A stretch of 62,913 nucleotides of DNA, counting the filler, from Lenisia limosa (lineage: Eukaryota; Protista; Breviatea): assembly GCA_001655205.1 (NCBI GenBank). It is 14 parts of 14 records of this genome, joined end to end, with 100 filler letters (N's around TTAATTAATTAA, not from the genome) between each part and the next. Parts side by side here need not be neighbours in the genome. Positions count along the whole stretch, not along the records: positions 1 to 4,934 come from LPNZ01003399.1; positions 5,035 to 6,846 come from LPNZ01009092.1; positions 6,947 to 12,252 come from LPNZ01003138.1; 11 more parts are not named here. One strand, 5' to 3'. How positions within the stretch are numbered: position 1 is the first letter of the stretch; each line of letters begins with the position of its first letter. Positions 1-11,515 of the stretch are shown here, piece by piece. The notes below the pieces were generated by a model. That model made no database searches. It worked only from the letters and a program-made list of their open reading frames with translations, and was not told the origin of the DNA. A program made the translations under genes and the position numbers.

Positions 1-656
1 AGTATATATAATAATGTAGACATGTATATCATTTACTAACCTTTCTCTCTGAGCTGACTCTTCAGGGTTAACTCTGCTGAATTGAAGTCATGCATCCAAA
101 ACCCGCATTTGAGCAACATGTGGTTGGAGGGCGGGTACATTCCCAACAGTGTTTCAAATATTTCTCATAGTTGGCTTTTATTTCATCTCAAAGGTTCAAT
201 CGAAGCCCTGATATTTTGGCAGCAGCTGGCCATACGGTCAATGCTCCTCTTGGTGAAATTTGGCAGGTTGGAAGGCCTCATATCATAAGAACGATTCTGG
301 TCGATATGCATCTAACATGGAGTATTATATGAGATATTGATATCTAAACTGATTCCGTAATCCTCTTTTACGCTCAAGTTCTTTGTATTGTGAATTGCTT
401 ATTTACTCCCCTCTCCCAGCTTACACGGTTGATGAAAGGATTGGTACTGCAGCATACCCATGATGAGGGGTGTCAGCCTTACAGCCACTATCTCAGAGCG
501 AACTTAATGGTGCTGGGGATGGAGACAGACAGTTGTCCATATTATTGGTTTATTATTATTATTATTATTATTATNNNNNNNNNNNNNNNNNNNNNNNNNN
601 NNNNNNNNNNNNNNNNNNNNNNNNNNNNNNNNNNNNNNNNNNNNNNNNNNNNNNNN

Positions 657-1470
657 ATGTTTCACCATCTTTAGACGGTTTTCTCGGCTCTGATCTCTAT
701 TGTCATGTTGATTACGCCGTATATCGGAGTAACTGCGCTTCAGGTTAGCAGGGGAGGGGAGTTTGTTAAGTGGGCAGAGTATAGGCAGCGTTGAGGTTGG
801 AACTGTTTTTCCAATATTTTGCCGTCGCTCCACGTCCCTTATCTCCATGTGGAGATTCAAATTACTTACCTGGGTTTTGTTTTTCCACCCTAAATAATTT
901 AAATGTTTAGGCAGTGATGATTCTTATTATGTAGGCAAATGATTGGGTGAATTTATCTTATGCTATAATCCAATATCTCTGACAAGCGTGAAGGTGTGGA
1001 CGGCTTTGGCCAGATACATCCTTATATATAATTTTTTTTTTGTTTCTCATTGCTATATATGTTGTAACACGACATCCACTCCCTTGTTGTCATAAATTGT
1101 CATAACCACCCACCCACAGCACTTCCATTGTCTGTCAGTGGTATCTGGGTTTTCGGTGCTTGCCCGTCACCCTGAGATTGAGTGTTACAACAACACATGG
1201 CGCCAACACGGCAACTTCGCCCTACTCTTCTTTCTACTCTACTTCCTCCTACTGCCAGGACTGCTGGTCGCGTTTTTACGGTGGGCTCGCTTTTCACTAC
1301 CATATTGTGTGCATGGAGTTTTATGGCACATGATTGTGATAATTCATATGATACTGGAATTAGTAATTAGTATATCATATTAATATTATGATGTGGATGT
1401 CTTCGGTCATCTACGCCTTTTATCCATTTCTAGGCAGCGTTCCAATTGGGCTCCTACACACAAACACACA

Positions 1471-1502
<32 letters not shown>

Positions 1503-4500
1503 NNNNNNNNNNNNNNNNNNNNNNNNNNNNNNNNNNNNNNNNNNNNNNNNNNNNNNNNNNNNNNNNNNNNNNNNNNNNNNNNNNNNNNNNNNNNNNNNNN
1601 NNNNNNNNNNNNNNNNGAAGCCCTCACAGGTAGGGGGTGGACCACAAGGACAGTTTTGGTGTTTTTCTGGAAGCTGTTCATTCTCGTTCAGGCCACTTGC
1701 GCCCCGGAATGTACCTGTGGGAGGTCATGTCGCTGTATCTTCGGTTTCTTCTACTAATTGTTGTGGAAATCCTTCGGTACAGCGCATCAAAAAGAGTCAT
1801 TTTCCAGACCATCGTGTGTTTCGCATTTCTTCTGGTGGGAAGGATATGAAGAAAATGCCAATGTATCACCTTTCTGAGTGTTTCATGAGTGTTGATTTAC
1901 CTTTTTATTTCACTTCCATTTTCGCTTTAACGTTCTAGTGCTTAGTCCAACTTCGTCCATACAAATCGGCCAAGCACCGTAACGTCCTCTTTGCCACCAT
2001 CTACTGCTCCCTGATTGTGTCGGTTCTCGGCACTTTGAGCATCACTGAGGACGAGAAAACGTATTCAGCACGGTGGAGTGGGGTCATAGATACCGTGTGA
2101 ATAGGGCTTCACTTCGGTTCGAAAAAAAAGACTGAATTTCTCGATAAATTCTCGAAAACTATCGATATTTTACCGGTCTTTTTCGAACCGAAGTGAAGCT
2201 CTACTTATGAATATCAGTACAATATGGATGACCCTTATTAACCCAATCAGTATGACGCGAGACTCAATCAATGGCATTGTGTTTATTAACACACTTGTTC
2301 TGGTGCTGCTTCCCTTCGTCTTCATCATCCGCCACGCAATGAACTATGTAAGGGGACTTGGCTTTGATACACTCTAAGCATAATAGCTGTAAGGGGACTT
2401 GGCTTTGATACGTTCTAAACATAATAGCTGTAAGGGCTTGACTTTGATAAGTTCTAACTAAAAGCTACTTTTTTATTGCGCCATAGAGGTGAATGTAATA
2501 GTTTTTGCTTACACTCCCACTGACCCCCCCTGCAGAGTTTGGCTAATACGATGTGGGCTGCTGGAGAGGCGTTTGACACCATCGCGAGAGCAGGGTTTAT
2601 TCTGCCGTCTTTGGATATAGAGGTTGGTGGGGACGTCAATATACCGCCAACATGGCGTCAATATTGCCAACATAACATTAATATAGCCAACATGGCGTGA
2701 ACATAGTGTTAGCATAGCGTCACTATACCGTTGAAGCGGCAATATATGTGTATTCTTATCCCCGTTTCCTCACCCCCCCCCCCANNNNNNNNNNNNNNNN
2801 NNNNNNNNNNNNNNNNNNNNNNNNNNNNNNNNNNNNNNNNNNNNNNNNNNNNNNNNNNNNNNNNNNNNNNNNNNCCATGAATTTGATTTTCCGCGCTGCC
2901 CGTGCCGCGGCAGTTAAGACCCTGGAGGACAAGGGTGAGGGGCCTTGCTTCTGGGTTGTACAGTAATGTGTTGAACTGTGCATATCAAAATCATAATGAG
3001 CATAACAGAGATATTTCATTTGTCTTTTCAAAAGAAAAACATTTTTCTATCGGTGTTTGTTTATGACACTCCCTTTTTTATCTTTATCACCTTTCTTATT
3101 CTCATCATCACGACCCAGACCTGGAAGAAGGCATTCTGGTGTTTGTGTCAGTGGACAGTTGGCAGCAGTTATGGTCCTCCACACCGAATCTTGCGGCGGT
3201 TTGGGGGGAGGTGAATAGGTACTGACTGTATTGAGCTTTGCTATTTACGGTGCATTGATTTATTAAATCTGTACCATTTTTGCTTCATAAGGCACGCAGA
3301 AAGCTGTGTGCACAAAGTTGTAAGGCAAAATTGGGTGTAATAATATGATACTATAAACCAATATCGATATCTCTTATAAGCGTGATGGTGTAGACGGCTT
3401 CGGCCAGATATATCCTTATATTTTTTATCATTGCAATCTATTGTTGATATCGGGTTGATTTGGCGATAGCATTTTACCCGGGGAAAGCTGGGTTCCTTTT
3501 TTGGCTCTCTTTTAACATTGTCACTGTATAGGAGGTTTTCGAAGGCTTCAATAAAACGTTTTCCCAGCTGCTTCTTGATGCGAAGTAAANNNNNNNNNNN
3601 NNNNNNNNNNNNNNNNNNNNNNNNNNNNNNNNNNNNNNNNNNNNNNNNNNNNNNNNNNNNNNNNNNNNNNNNNNNNNNNNNNNNNNNNNNNNNNNNNNNN
3701 NNNNNNNNNGGATAGAGTTGCTTGAGAAACTGCGCTCGTCTCACGCTAAACAAACCAGGGCAAAACCCAAAGACCTTTTCAGTCCTCACCATTTCAGCGG
3801 TCATTCAGCTGGTACTGTGTCGTCATCGGGAATGGAGCGCATCGGCTTCTTCAATGACGGTAAAAAGGCCCTAAGATTTGTCTTCGCTCTACATGAGACT
3901 TCACTCAAGGTTAGCGAGTGCTTTTTTCTGTTGTATTGAGTGATTTTGTCTTTAAATTAGAGTACTTCATTCAATACCCTACTTTCTCCTAATCATTCAG
4001 TATCCTTGGTCTAAACACGTCTTGCAAAGCCCCTATCTTTGCGTTGAATCCCTGAACAATAGTTCACAGGTATGGAAGGGGGTTGGTGCCAACCATTTTT
4101 GGAGGGACGTGTAGGTTTTCATATCCATGATTTTTAAGTTGACTTATTAACCTACCTCTGTGAGTCTCCGCATCTCCACTAACTGAACAGTGCATTTGGA
4201 GAGGACCGCGGCTCACAACCAGCATTGTGTATGGCAAGTTCCACACCTCCAGCCGATGGAACGAAATGGTGTGCTCACACAAGAGCAAAATTCAAGAAAC
4301 TGTTCCGGGCTTTTTTTTGTTGTTGTTTTCTATAAATAACAACACCTCGATGTGTCAGATATGACCTTCCTCCCCTCCACCAGGATGCCTGTAAAACCAA
4401 TGGAGCTGAGTTCTCTACGGCCGCCCTTATAATTCGCGAGGCTAGTCCAGGGCAAATTGTGATGACAGCAGCGTCCGCAAGCTATATCGGCGTCACGATG

Positions 4501-4727
4501 GTGGGAATAAGATTTGGTACTAGTGGATTCGGCAACAGTTTACTTGAATAAAAGCTTTTCTCAATATTAATCCAACTGAAAATGTGCGGTGCGTTGTAGC
4601 ATGGTATTATTGATGGTACCTGGATTGATTTTCCTTTTCAATTCCATTTCCCTGGCTATTGTTGGTTCACCATTCCTGACCTCTCAGTCTGACTTGTTCG
4701 ATCCTGGATGGGACATTTTACTGCCCC
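657..4727 (+). CDS. Multi-exon polytopic membrane protein with C-terminal degenerate class III nucleotidyl cyclase-like domain (partial)
   Basis: GT-AG exons give TM segments (ARHPEIECYNNTW..ALLFFLLYFLLLPGLL; LRPGMYLWEVMSLYLRFLLL; VQLRPYKS) then GILVFVSVDSWQQLWSSTP, DGKKALRFVFALHE, CIWRGPRLTTSIVYG and AALIIREASPGQIVMT, collinear with trypanosomatid/bacterial-type cyclase motifs. Confidence 0.65.
931..1058 (+). mobile_element. Family B dispersed hairpin-rich element
   Basis: ggcaaatgattgggtgaatt..ataatccaatatctct..gtggacggctt(c/t)ggccagatac plus T-rich tail. Confidence 0.85.
2102..2203 (+). mobile_element. MITE family A, subtype A1
   Basis: TA-GGGCTTCACTTCGGTTCGAAAAA..TTTTTCGAACCGAAGTGAAGCTC-TA; ~27-bp TIR. 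Confidence 0.9.
2348..2458 (+). repeat. 41-bp tandem repeat x~2.7, each unit starting with donor-like GTAAG
   Basis: gtaaggggacttggctttgatac..taatagct at 2348, 2389, 2430. Confidence 0.9.
3291..3440 (+). mobile_element. Family B, near full length
   Basis: Begins ggcacgcagaaagctgtgtgcac; includes GGC-TTCG-GCC hairpin. Confidence 0.9.
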
Positions 4728-4794
4728 CAGGTAGGCCCCTCCCACATATTATCACCAAAGCTATCCTCTCCTCATGCATACGACACATTACATG

Positions 4795-4874
4795 TACAGT
4801 GACCGGGATAAGTCCTGACCGATTTGCTATGATTTCCCAAAGAAAATAGGTCAAGAATTATCCCGGTCACTGTA
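4795..4874. mobile_element. MITE family E (Tc1/mariner-like ends)
   Basis: TA-CAGTGACCGGGATAA..TTATCCCGGTCACTG-TA. Confidence 0.85.
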
Positions 4875-4934
4875 TATACTCAGCACTACCAAGACCCGGA
4901 TGTAACCCCCAGACTCCATGCCAGCAGGCTGCAT

Positions 4935-5034
4935 NNNNNNNNNNNNNNNNNNNNNNNNNNNNNNNNNNNNNNNNNNNNTTAATTAATTAANNNNNNNNNN
5001 NNNNNNNNNNNNNNNNNNNNNNNNNNNNNNNNNN
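4935..5034. other. Artificial contig linker (first of 13)
   Basis: 44N-TTAATTAATTAA-44N, stops in all six frames; same at 6847, 12253, 14717, 26074, 27863, 29045, 34814, 40944, 43210, 46153, 57716, 60751. Confidence 0.97.
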
Positions 5035-5132
5035 ATGAAATCTCCAACACCACCACCATCCCCATGTTGTATATCATATCCCCCCACCACACACACCCCA
5101 GGTACAATATAATCCCTCATATAACTCCCCAG

Positions 5133-6418
5133 AACGGACCTCTTAGAAGCGGTCCTTTCCGCCGCCGTGTCTGCCGACTCCTCCGAAGGCATTATCGACG
5201 TAGGGAAGAGGTGTAATTGTTTTATTTGTAACATTTTTTTCTCATTGCTGTATATCATATATGAAACAAATTATATGTGTGGGGATTTATGCATGAGAGT
5301 TAGGGCCTCACTTCTGTTCGAAAAAAGACTGAATTTCTTGATAAATCCTCGAAAACTTTTGATATTGTACTGGTCTTTTTCGAACCGAAGTGAAGCCCTA
5401 ATGAGATTATAGAATACGATTGTTTTTTTTTTTTTGTTTTTGGGGGAGGAGGAGGGGCATTCATTATGATACGCAACATGTANNNNNNNNNNNNNNNNNN
5501 NNNNNNNNNNNNNNNNNNNNNNNNNNNNNNNNNNNNNNNNNNNNNNNNNNNNNNNNNNNNNCCCAGAACGCGCTCTTTGACGATGCTGGGTTCGTGCAAA
5601 ACGTTGTGAGGCTCAGCGAAGTGGGCGGGACTGCAAATTAGCAGGTTCTTAATTAGGAAATGTTACAAAGACGTGTAGTTGTGTTGTTGTTTTTTTAGCC
5701 CCCCCCCCCCTTATACGGCTAGGGCTTCACTTTGGTTCGAAAAATTCGATATTTTACCAGCCCCATTGTTAACACTCCAGGCCGCTCGCTCCGCAAAGTC
5801 CCAAATGTCCCCTGATAAGGACGCTGTTCTAGAGACTGTGGTGGGGGGAGGAGGCAAGGTAAATGTTATAATCAAAATTTTACATAGTATCATATATTGA
5901 TATCATATTTTTATTGATTTATTTTTATTGAATTATTATTATTGAATTGTTATTATTCTAGATGGGGTGGAGATCATTATACGGTCTTTGGACATCTTTT
6001 TTTCATTTATTCAACAATTTTCCGAGTTAACCCCCAGGCGGACGCATATGAGCCGCTGGCAGCCACATTGGCGTCTGTGGTGATGACGTGTCTCGAACTG
6101 ACCCTCTGCAACTCCACTTCCGGCCTGTCTTGGTCCGCCGCCGCCCACCGCATTTCCTCCAATCTTCACACCCAGGTAGGCAGTATTTTGTTGATGTGGT
6201 TGTTTTTCGTGTTGATTTGGTTGTTTTAGTGTTGATTTGGTTGTTTTTGTTGATTTGGTTGTTTTTAGTCTTGACCTGATTCTTTAAAGTCGTTGATTCC
6301 GGGCTGTTTGTTTTGTTTTGTTTTATAAAATTTCCATTTTTACTCACACCCCAGGTTGACACATCCACCTCTTGCGTAGCCAAACGAGTCACTTCACTGA
6401 CCAAGTTGCTCACCAACG
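5133..6418 (+). CDS. Multi-exon hypothetical protein fragment
   Basis: GC-rich open exons bounded by CAG/GT: TDLLEAVLSAAVSADSSEGIID, NALFDDAGFVQNVVRLSE, AARSAKSQMSPDKDAVLET, ADAYEPLAATLASVV..NLHTQ, VDTSTSCVAKRVTSLTKLLTN; no family recognised. Confidence 0.5.
5301..5400 (+). mobile_element. MITE family A, subtype A1
   Basis: Full TIRs, TA at both ends; internally deleted copy at 5720-5760. Confidence 0.9.
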
Positions 6419-6946
6419 GTAGGCGGCTGTATTAGGAAGTTGCCCAAATAAATACAATTTATGGATACATGTACACTATCTGGACACTACATTTGCTAAT
6501 GTCAAATCCATGAAGGCTTTTACACGTCCTTTCAATATTTCCAATATAAGAACCGTTCTTTACTCANNNNNNNNNNNNNNNNNNNNNNNNNNNNNNNNNN
6601 NNNNNNNNNNNNNNNNNNNNNNNNNNNNNNNNNNNNNNNNNNNNNNNNNNNNNNNNNNNNNNNNNNNNNNNNNNNNNNNNNNNNNNNNNNNNNNNNNNNN
6701 NNNNNNNNNNNNNNNNTCAGGTTCGTACCCCGATGTAAAATAATAAGTATTTATTTTCATTTCTAGGTTTGTACCAAATTAATAATTATTTATATTTGTC
6801 TCCATAGGTGTGCCCCCATGTATTAATATTCAGCATCATCCTCAGGNNNNNNNNNNNNNNNNNNNNNNNNNNNNNNNNNNNNNNNNNNNNTTAATTAATT
6901 AANNNNNNNNNNNNNNNNNNNNNNNNNNNNNNNNNNNNNNNNNNNN

Positions 6947-8150
6947 ACCTGAGGAAGACGAGCTCTGCTGCCGTGAGGCTGACCAAGACTGTATTTACAC
7001 CATGTATGGATACAACAAGGTCTACAAGTGCGTCTGCAAGGAGGAGTTCACTACCTGTGGTGACAACTGCTGCCCTGAGGGAGAGGAGTGCATTGATAAT
7101 GTCTGCACTGTTCCCCAGAAGACCTGCCCTACTGGCACTATGATCTGCGGACCTGAGGAAGACGAGCTCTGCTGCCGTGATGCTGACCAAGACTGCCATG
7201 AATCCATGACAGGCTACAACAAGATCTACAAGTGCGTCTGCAAGGCTGGACTTGAACAGTGTGGTGACAACTGCTGCATTGCCGGGTATGGCTGTGATAA
7301 TGGTGTGTGTACACCCCCCCAGCGAACTTGTCCTACTGGCACTATGATCTGTGGACCTGAGGAAGATGAGCTTTGCTGTCGTGAGGCTGATCAAGACTGT
7401 GTTTCGACAATGTCAGGCTACAACAAGATCTACAAGTGCATCTGCAAGGAGGAGTACACTACCTGTGGTGACAACTGCTGCCCTGAGGGTGAGGAGTGCA
7501 TTGACAACGTCTGCACTGTTCCCCAGAAGACCTGCCCTACTGGCACTATGATCTGTGGGCCTGAGGAAGACGAGCTTTGCTGCCGTGAGGCTGATCAAGA
7601 CTGTGTTTCGACTATGTATGGCTACAACAAGATCTACAAGTGCGTCTGCAAGGAGGAGTACACTACCTGCGGTGACAACTGCTGCCCTGAGGGTGAGGAG
7701 TGCATTGACAACGTCTGCATTGTTCCCCAGAAGACCTGCCCAACTGGCACAATGATCTGTGGACCTGAAGAAGACGAGCTCTGCTGCCGTGATGCTGACC
7801 AAGACTGCCATGAATCCATGTCAGGCTACAACAAGATCTACAAGTGCGTCTGCAAGGAGGAGTTCACTACCTGTGGTGACAACTGCTGCCCTGAGGGTGA
7901 GGAGTGCATTGATAATGTCTGCACTGTTCCCCAGAAGACCTGCCCTACTGGCACTATGATCTGCGGACCTGAGGAAGACGAGCTTTGCTGCCGTGAGGCT
8001 GATCAAGACTGTATATACACCATGTCAGGCTACAACAAGGTCTACAAGTGCAAATGCAAGGCAGAGTACACTACCTGCGGTGACAACTGCTGCCCTGAGG
8101 GTGAGGAGTGCATTGACAATGTCTGCACTGTTCCCCAGGTTACCTGCCCC
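6947..8150 (+). repeat. 204-bp (68-aa, 12-Cys) coding tandem repeat, more than 5.5 units
   Basis: YKC(V/I/K)CK recurs every 204 bp from ~7023 to ~8043. Confidence 0.95.
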
Positions 8151-10190
8151 ACAGGCACTAGTGCCTGTGGTGAAGTGTGCTGTCCTGATACTGCCTCTTG
8201 TGTGAATGAGATTTGTTACTGCCCGTATGGAATGGTTCTTTGTGGAAACCAGTGTGTTGCCCCTGCCAACTTCCAAACCGACAATGAAAACTGCGGTTCT
8301 TGCGGACTCAAGTGTGCCGAAACCGAGACTTGCACAGCTGGTGTCTGTGGTATGTTGGGGTCTAGATCAACCAATATCTGATGCATTTTGGTTTTATGTG
8401 TAATGTTATTGTTTCCTTCTTATTCTTGTAGTTGAAACTGGCGGTCAAGAAACCTGTGAAGCAGTTGAAGTACCTGATCTTGACATGAAGTCTCGTGTGT
8501 TCCTTGACGAGTCATCTGATTTGAAGCTTGGGTTCCTTGACCTCCTTATCAAGACCATCTGGGTTAAGGACGGTGAAGTTACCCGTATCGAACTCAACCA
8601 TCAGGTAAGTAGCTTCTAATACTGATTTTATCTGATGTCGTTTAAACAGCATTGATTGATGATTTAGAACAACGATGTCTGCGCTTACCCCGGAGACAAC
8701 TGGAGTGAGTCTTTCAATGAAGATGACGACTGCATGTTCAAGTTTATGTCTCATATTCCTTTTGCTGATGCTATTGAGAACTGCCAGTTCGAGATGGATA
8801 TGACTTCTACTCTCTACATGTACCAAGGACACGCTGACGTCTTTATTGACATCAAGCTGTCCGAGGGTGTCATGAGAACTGTCAAGACTATCTTGAAATT
8901 CACCATCATTCTTCCCAAGGTTCTGAAGGTCTCTGCTGAAGCTGAAGTTATTGCTGACGTTGAAATCAAGGCTTGGCTTACTGAGAAGTCCTGGACCTGG
9001 CTCACAGGTCTTGGAACGCTTGAGTACTTCACTCGCACTTCCAAACCCTACAAGCTTGACTTCACTTCCATTGTCGTTCCTGCTGGACTCTCTGCTACTG
9101 TTGAGGAGAACACACTGAAGGGTAACTGCCCTGAGGACGATGGTGAAGCCCTCTGCGAGCAATACTGGACCGTGACTGTTGACCCTAACGGACTTTGCGC
9201 ATTCACTGGCTCCTACCAACTCAACTTCGACATTCTTTGCCGTGCTGGTTATGACTGCAGAGCAGACACCGCCGTTCTTAACAGTCAAGTCATTAGTGAT
9301 GACACTATCTGCAACAGACTTGAGATCGACATCCACGTCGATGCTGAGCTCACTACTCGTGGCAACGTTGTTTTATTCAACAACGGTGACGACATCATGT
9401 TTGACCTCAAGGTCAACAGTGCTGATGCCCATATTCAAAAAATTGACCCTGTTCTTATCACTACTGGTGTTGGTGCCGCGGACATTGTTCTCTACTCTGA
9501 GGAACAAGGAGGCGCCCAAGACATTGCCATTGCCAACGACTGGGAGCTTGAACTCAACCAGCCCGGACCTACTGACGTCATCGCCTTCGGCTTCACGTAT
9601 GAATGGATTTGTTTTACTGCCTCCACTTGTGTTACCTTATGAATTGTCCTAATCTTTTTAGAATCTCTGTTGGAGACGGTGAGAATGACCTCTACCCCAA
9701 GCCAACTACCGCCACCTTCACCTTCATTGTCGAGATCACCTTCCGCATCACCTACCAAGGCATGTCTGAGAGGGAAGGCCAAGTTGAGTCCATGATTATG
9801 GGCGATTCTGGATCATTCACTCTTGTGATGGACGGCTTTGAAACCACTTGCCCCGCAGACTGGGTCAACCCCTGTGATAACAAGAACGGAGGCTGCTCCT
9901 CTGAGCCTTTCGTTGAATGCAAGCCTCTTGGCTGCTCTGCTGAGGTTGTTTGCGGCAAATGCCCTGGCGCTGTGGATCGTGACGGCAACTGTGTTACCGC
10001 TGAGGCTGATGAAGACAACTCTACTCTTATTGCTGCTCTCGCCGCTGGTGGCGCTGGTCTTCTCGCTGCTGGAATCATTGCCTTTGTCGTGATGAAGAAG
10101 AAGAAGTCTCCTGTCACTGACACCGCCGACGGACTTGTTGACCCCAACGACGGCTCTCAATTGGAGACAATGGGCTCTTCGAACCTTTAA
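6947..10190 (+). CDS. Type I membrane protein: Cys-rich tandem repeats, Stig1-like Cys motif, beta-rich domain, EGF-like module, TM, short tail (5' truncated)
   Basis: Exons ~6947-8350, 8432-8604, 8669-9596, 9662-10190 splice in frame; CGNQCV..FQTDNENCGSCGLKC; NPCDNKNGGCSSEPFVECKPLG..CGKCP; TM LIAALAAGGAGLLAAGIIAFVVM followed by KKKKS; TAA stop. Confidence 0.85.
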
Positions 10191-11009
10191 GCTGATTTTG
10201 GTGTGTGTGTGGTGTGCATGTTTTGGTTGTTTCCTATATCTGATTCCATGTGGCTCTCGGTAGCTTTTTACATCTGATTCCAGTTGTAGAGACTTTATCT
10301 ATTAATTAATGTATTTGATTTCATTTTGTATCATGGATTGATTCAGATTATCCGAACATAAACTTTAGAAGTTACTACTTTTTTGAAAATTTATTATTGA
10401 CAATTGTGGCAATTTACGATTCCTGTTTTCTACTACCAAACCCCTCTTTAACTACGAGCTGGTAGATGGTACTTTGGTTGAATACTATTATACTCCTTTT
10501 CAACATTTTTAAAAGGCAAAACTGGCGTGATTCACGTTCAATATGAAGCACGGTAAAGATTAGATATTAGCGACATGAGGCGAAAGCTGGATTAAAACGC
10601 TATAGGCAGTTGTAGTGGTTCATCAAACTGAAGCAACAACACATGCATCAAGTATCAAGCGCAAAAAAAAGACATACAAAAGGAAACAAATCAAACAACC
10701 TAGAAAAAGAAACAACCCAAAAATACACGCACAAAAAAAGAGCCTAAAGCAAAACAGTATCTGTTTCAGGAGAAAGAAGGACTTCCACGGTTTCCTTTTC
10801 CTTGGATGTTTAGTCCTTAATCCCTTTTGGTTGGCTCTTTATTTGGCTTGTGGTTATATATCATATATAATTAGTATATTGATTGTATATATCGAGAAAA
10901 ATAGTATATATGTTACATAATTAGTACATATCATATTATATAGTCATTTCTCCTCATTCTATCAATAGTATCAAATCAGAAGAGAAAAAACTGTATTTGT
11001 AATTCCCAC

Positions 11010-11515
11010 TTGAATCGGGAGAGGGGCTTGGCCTTCAGGAGGAAGCAACTCATCACAATCACGACTTGGCGGAAGTGGGGCTACAGATGAAGGGGGTAGG
11101 ATGCAGTCAAAATGATTCGTTGTAGGCAAAGGTGCTGATTCTGTTTCATTAACCAAGGGAGCCGGCATGGAAAGATCCAAGAGATCAGCAGGGACGGAAG
11201 TAACCATGTGCGGAATAGCAGTTGCTTTTTTAGGCTGGGATGGCTTTGACGGTGTTGGAGGCAACGGTGCGGACTTGGGCGGAGGAAGGGGAGCGGATTT
11301 CCTGGGGACTTGGCATGGGGTGGGAGCTGCCTGTTTGGTGGGAAGGGGTGTGGTAGTTGACTTAGTGGGAGGTAATGGGGCTTGTTTTCTGGGGGCGTGG
11401 CAGGGACCAGTGGATTCTGTCACAGTTTCAGTTCGTGTTTTCCGTGCCACTTTGACCACTTTCATTGCTCCCATCAGCTTGTTGGAAATAATACTCTTGA
11501 GTTTTGGCTGTGGTT
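11010..11515 (-). CDS. Proline-rich exon with repeated APLPP motifs, hypothetical protein
   Basis: Open frame between a CCCCAG acceptor and a GT donor; APLPPT/APLPPP/APLPPS repeats. Confidence 0.45.

Noticed and set aside
6891-9336. Long minus-strand ORFs over the Cys-repeat gene (and 32477-33248 over eIF4G)
   Set aside because: Antisense shadows of biased-codon coding sequence.
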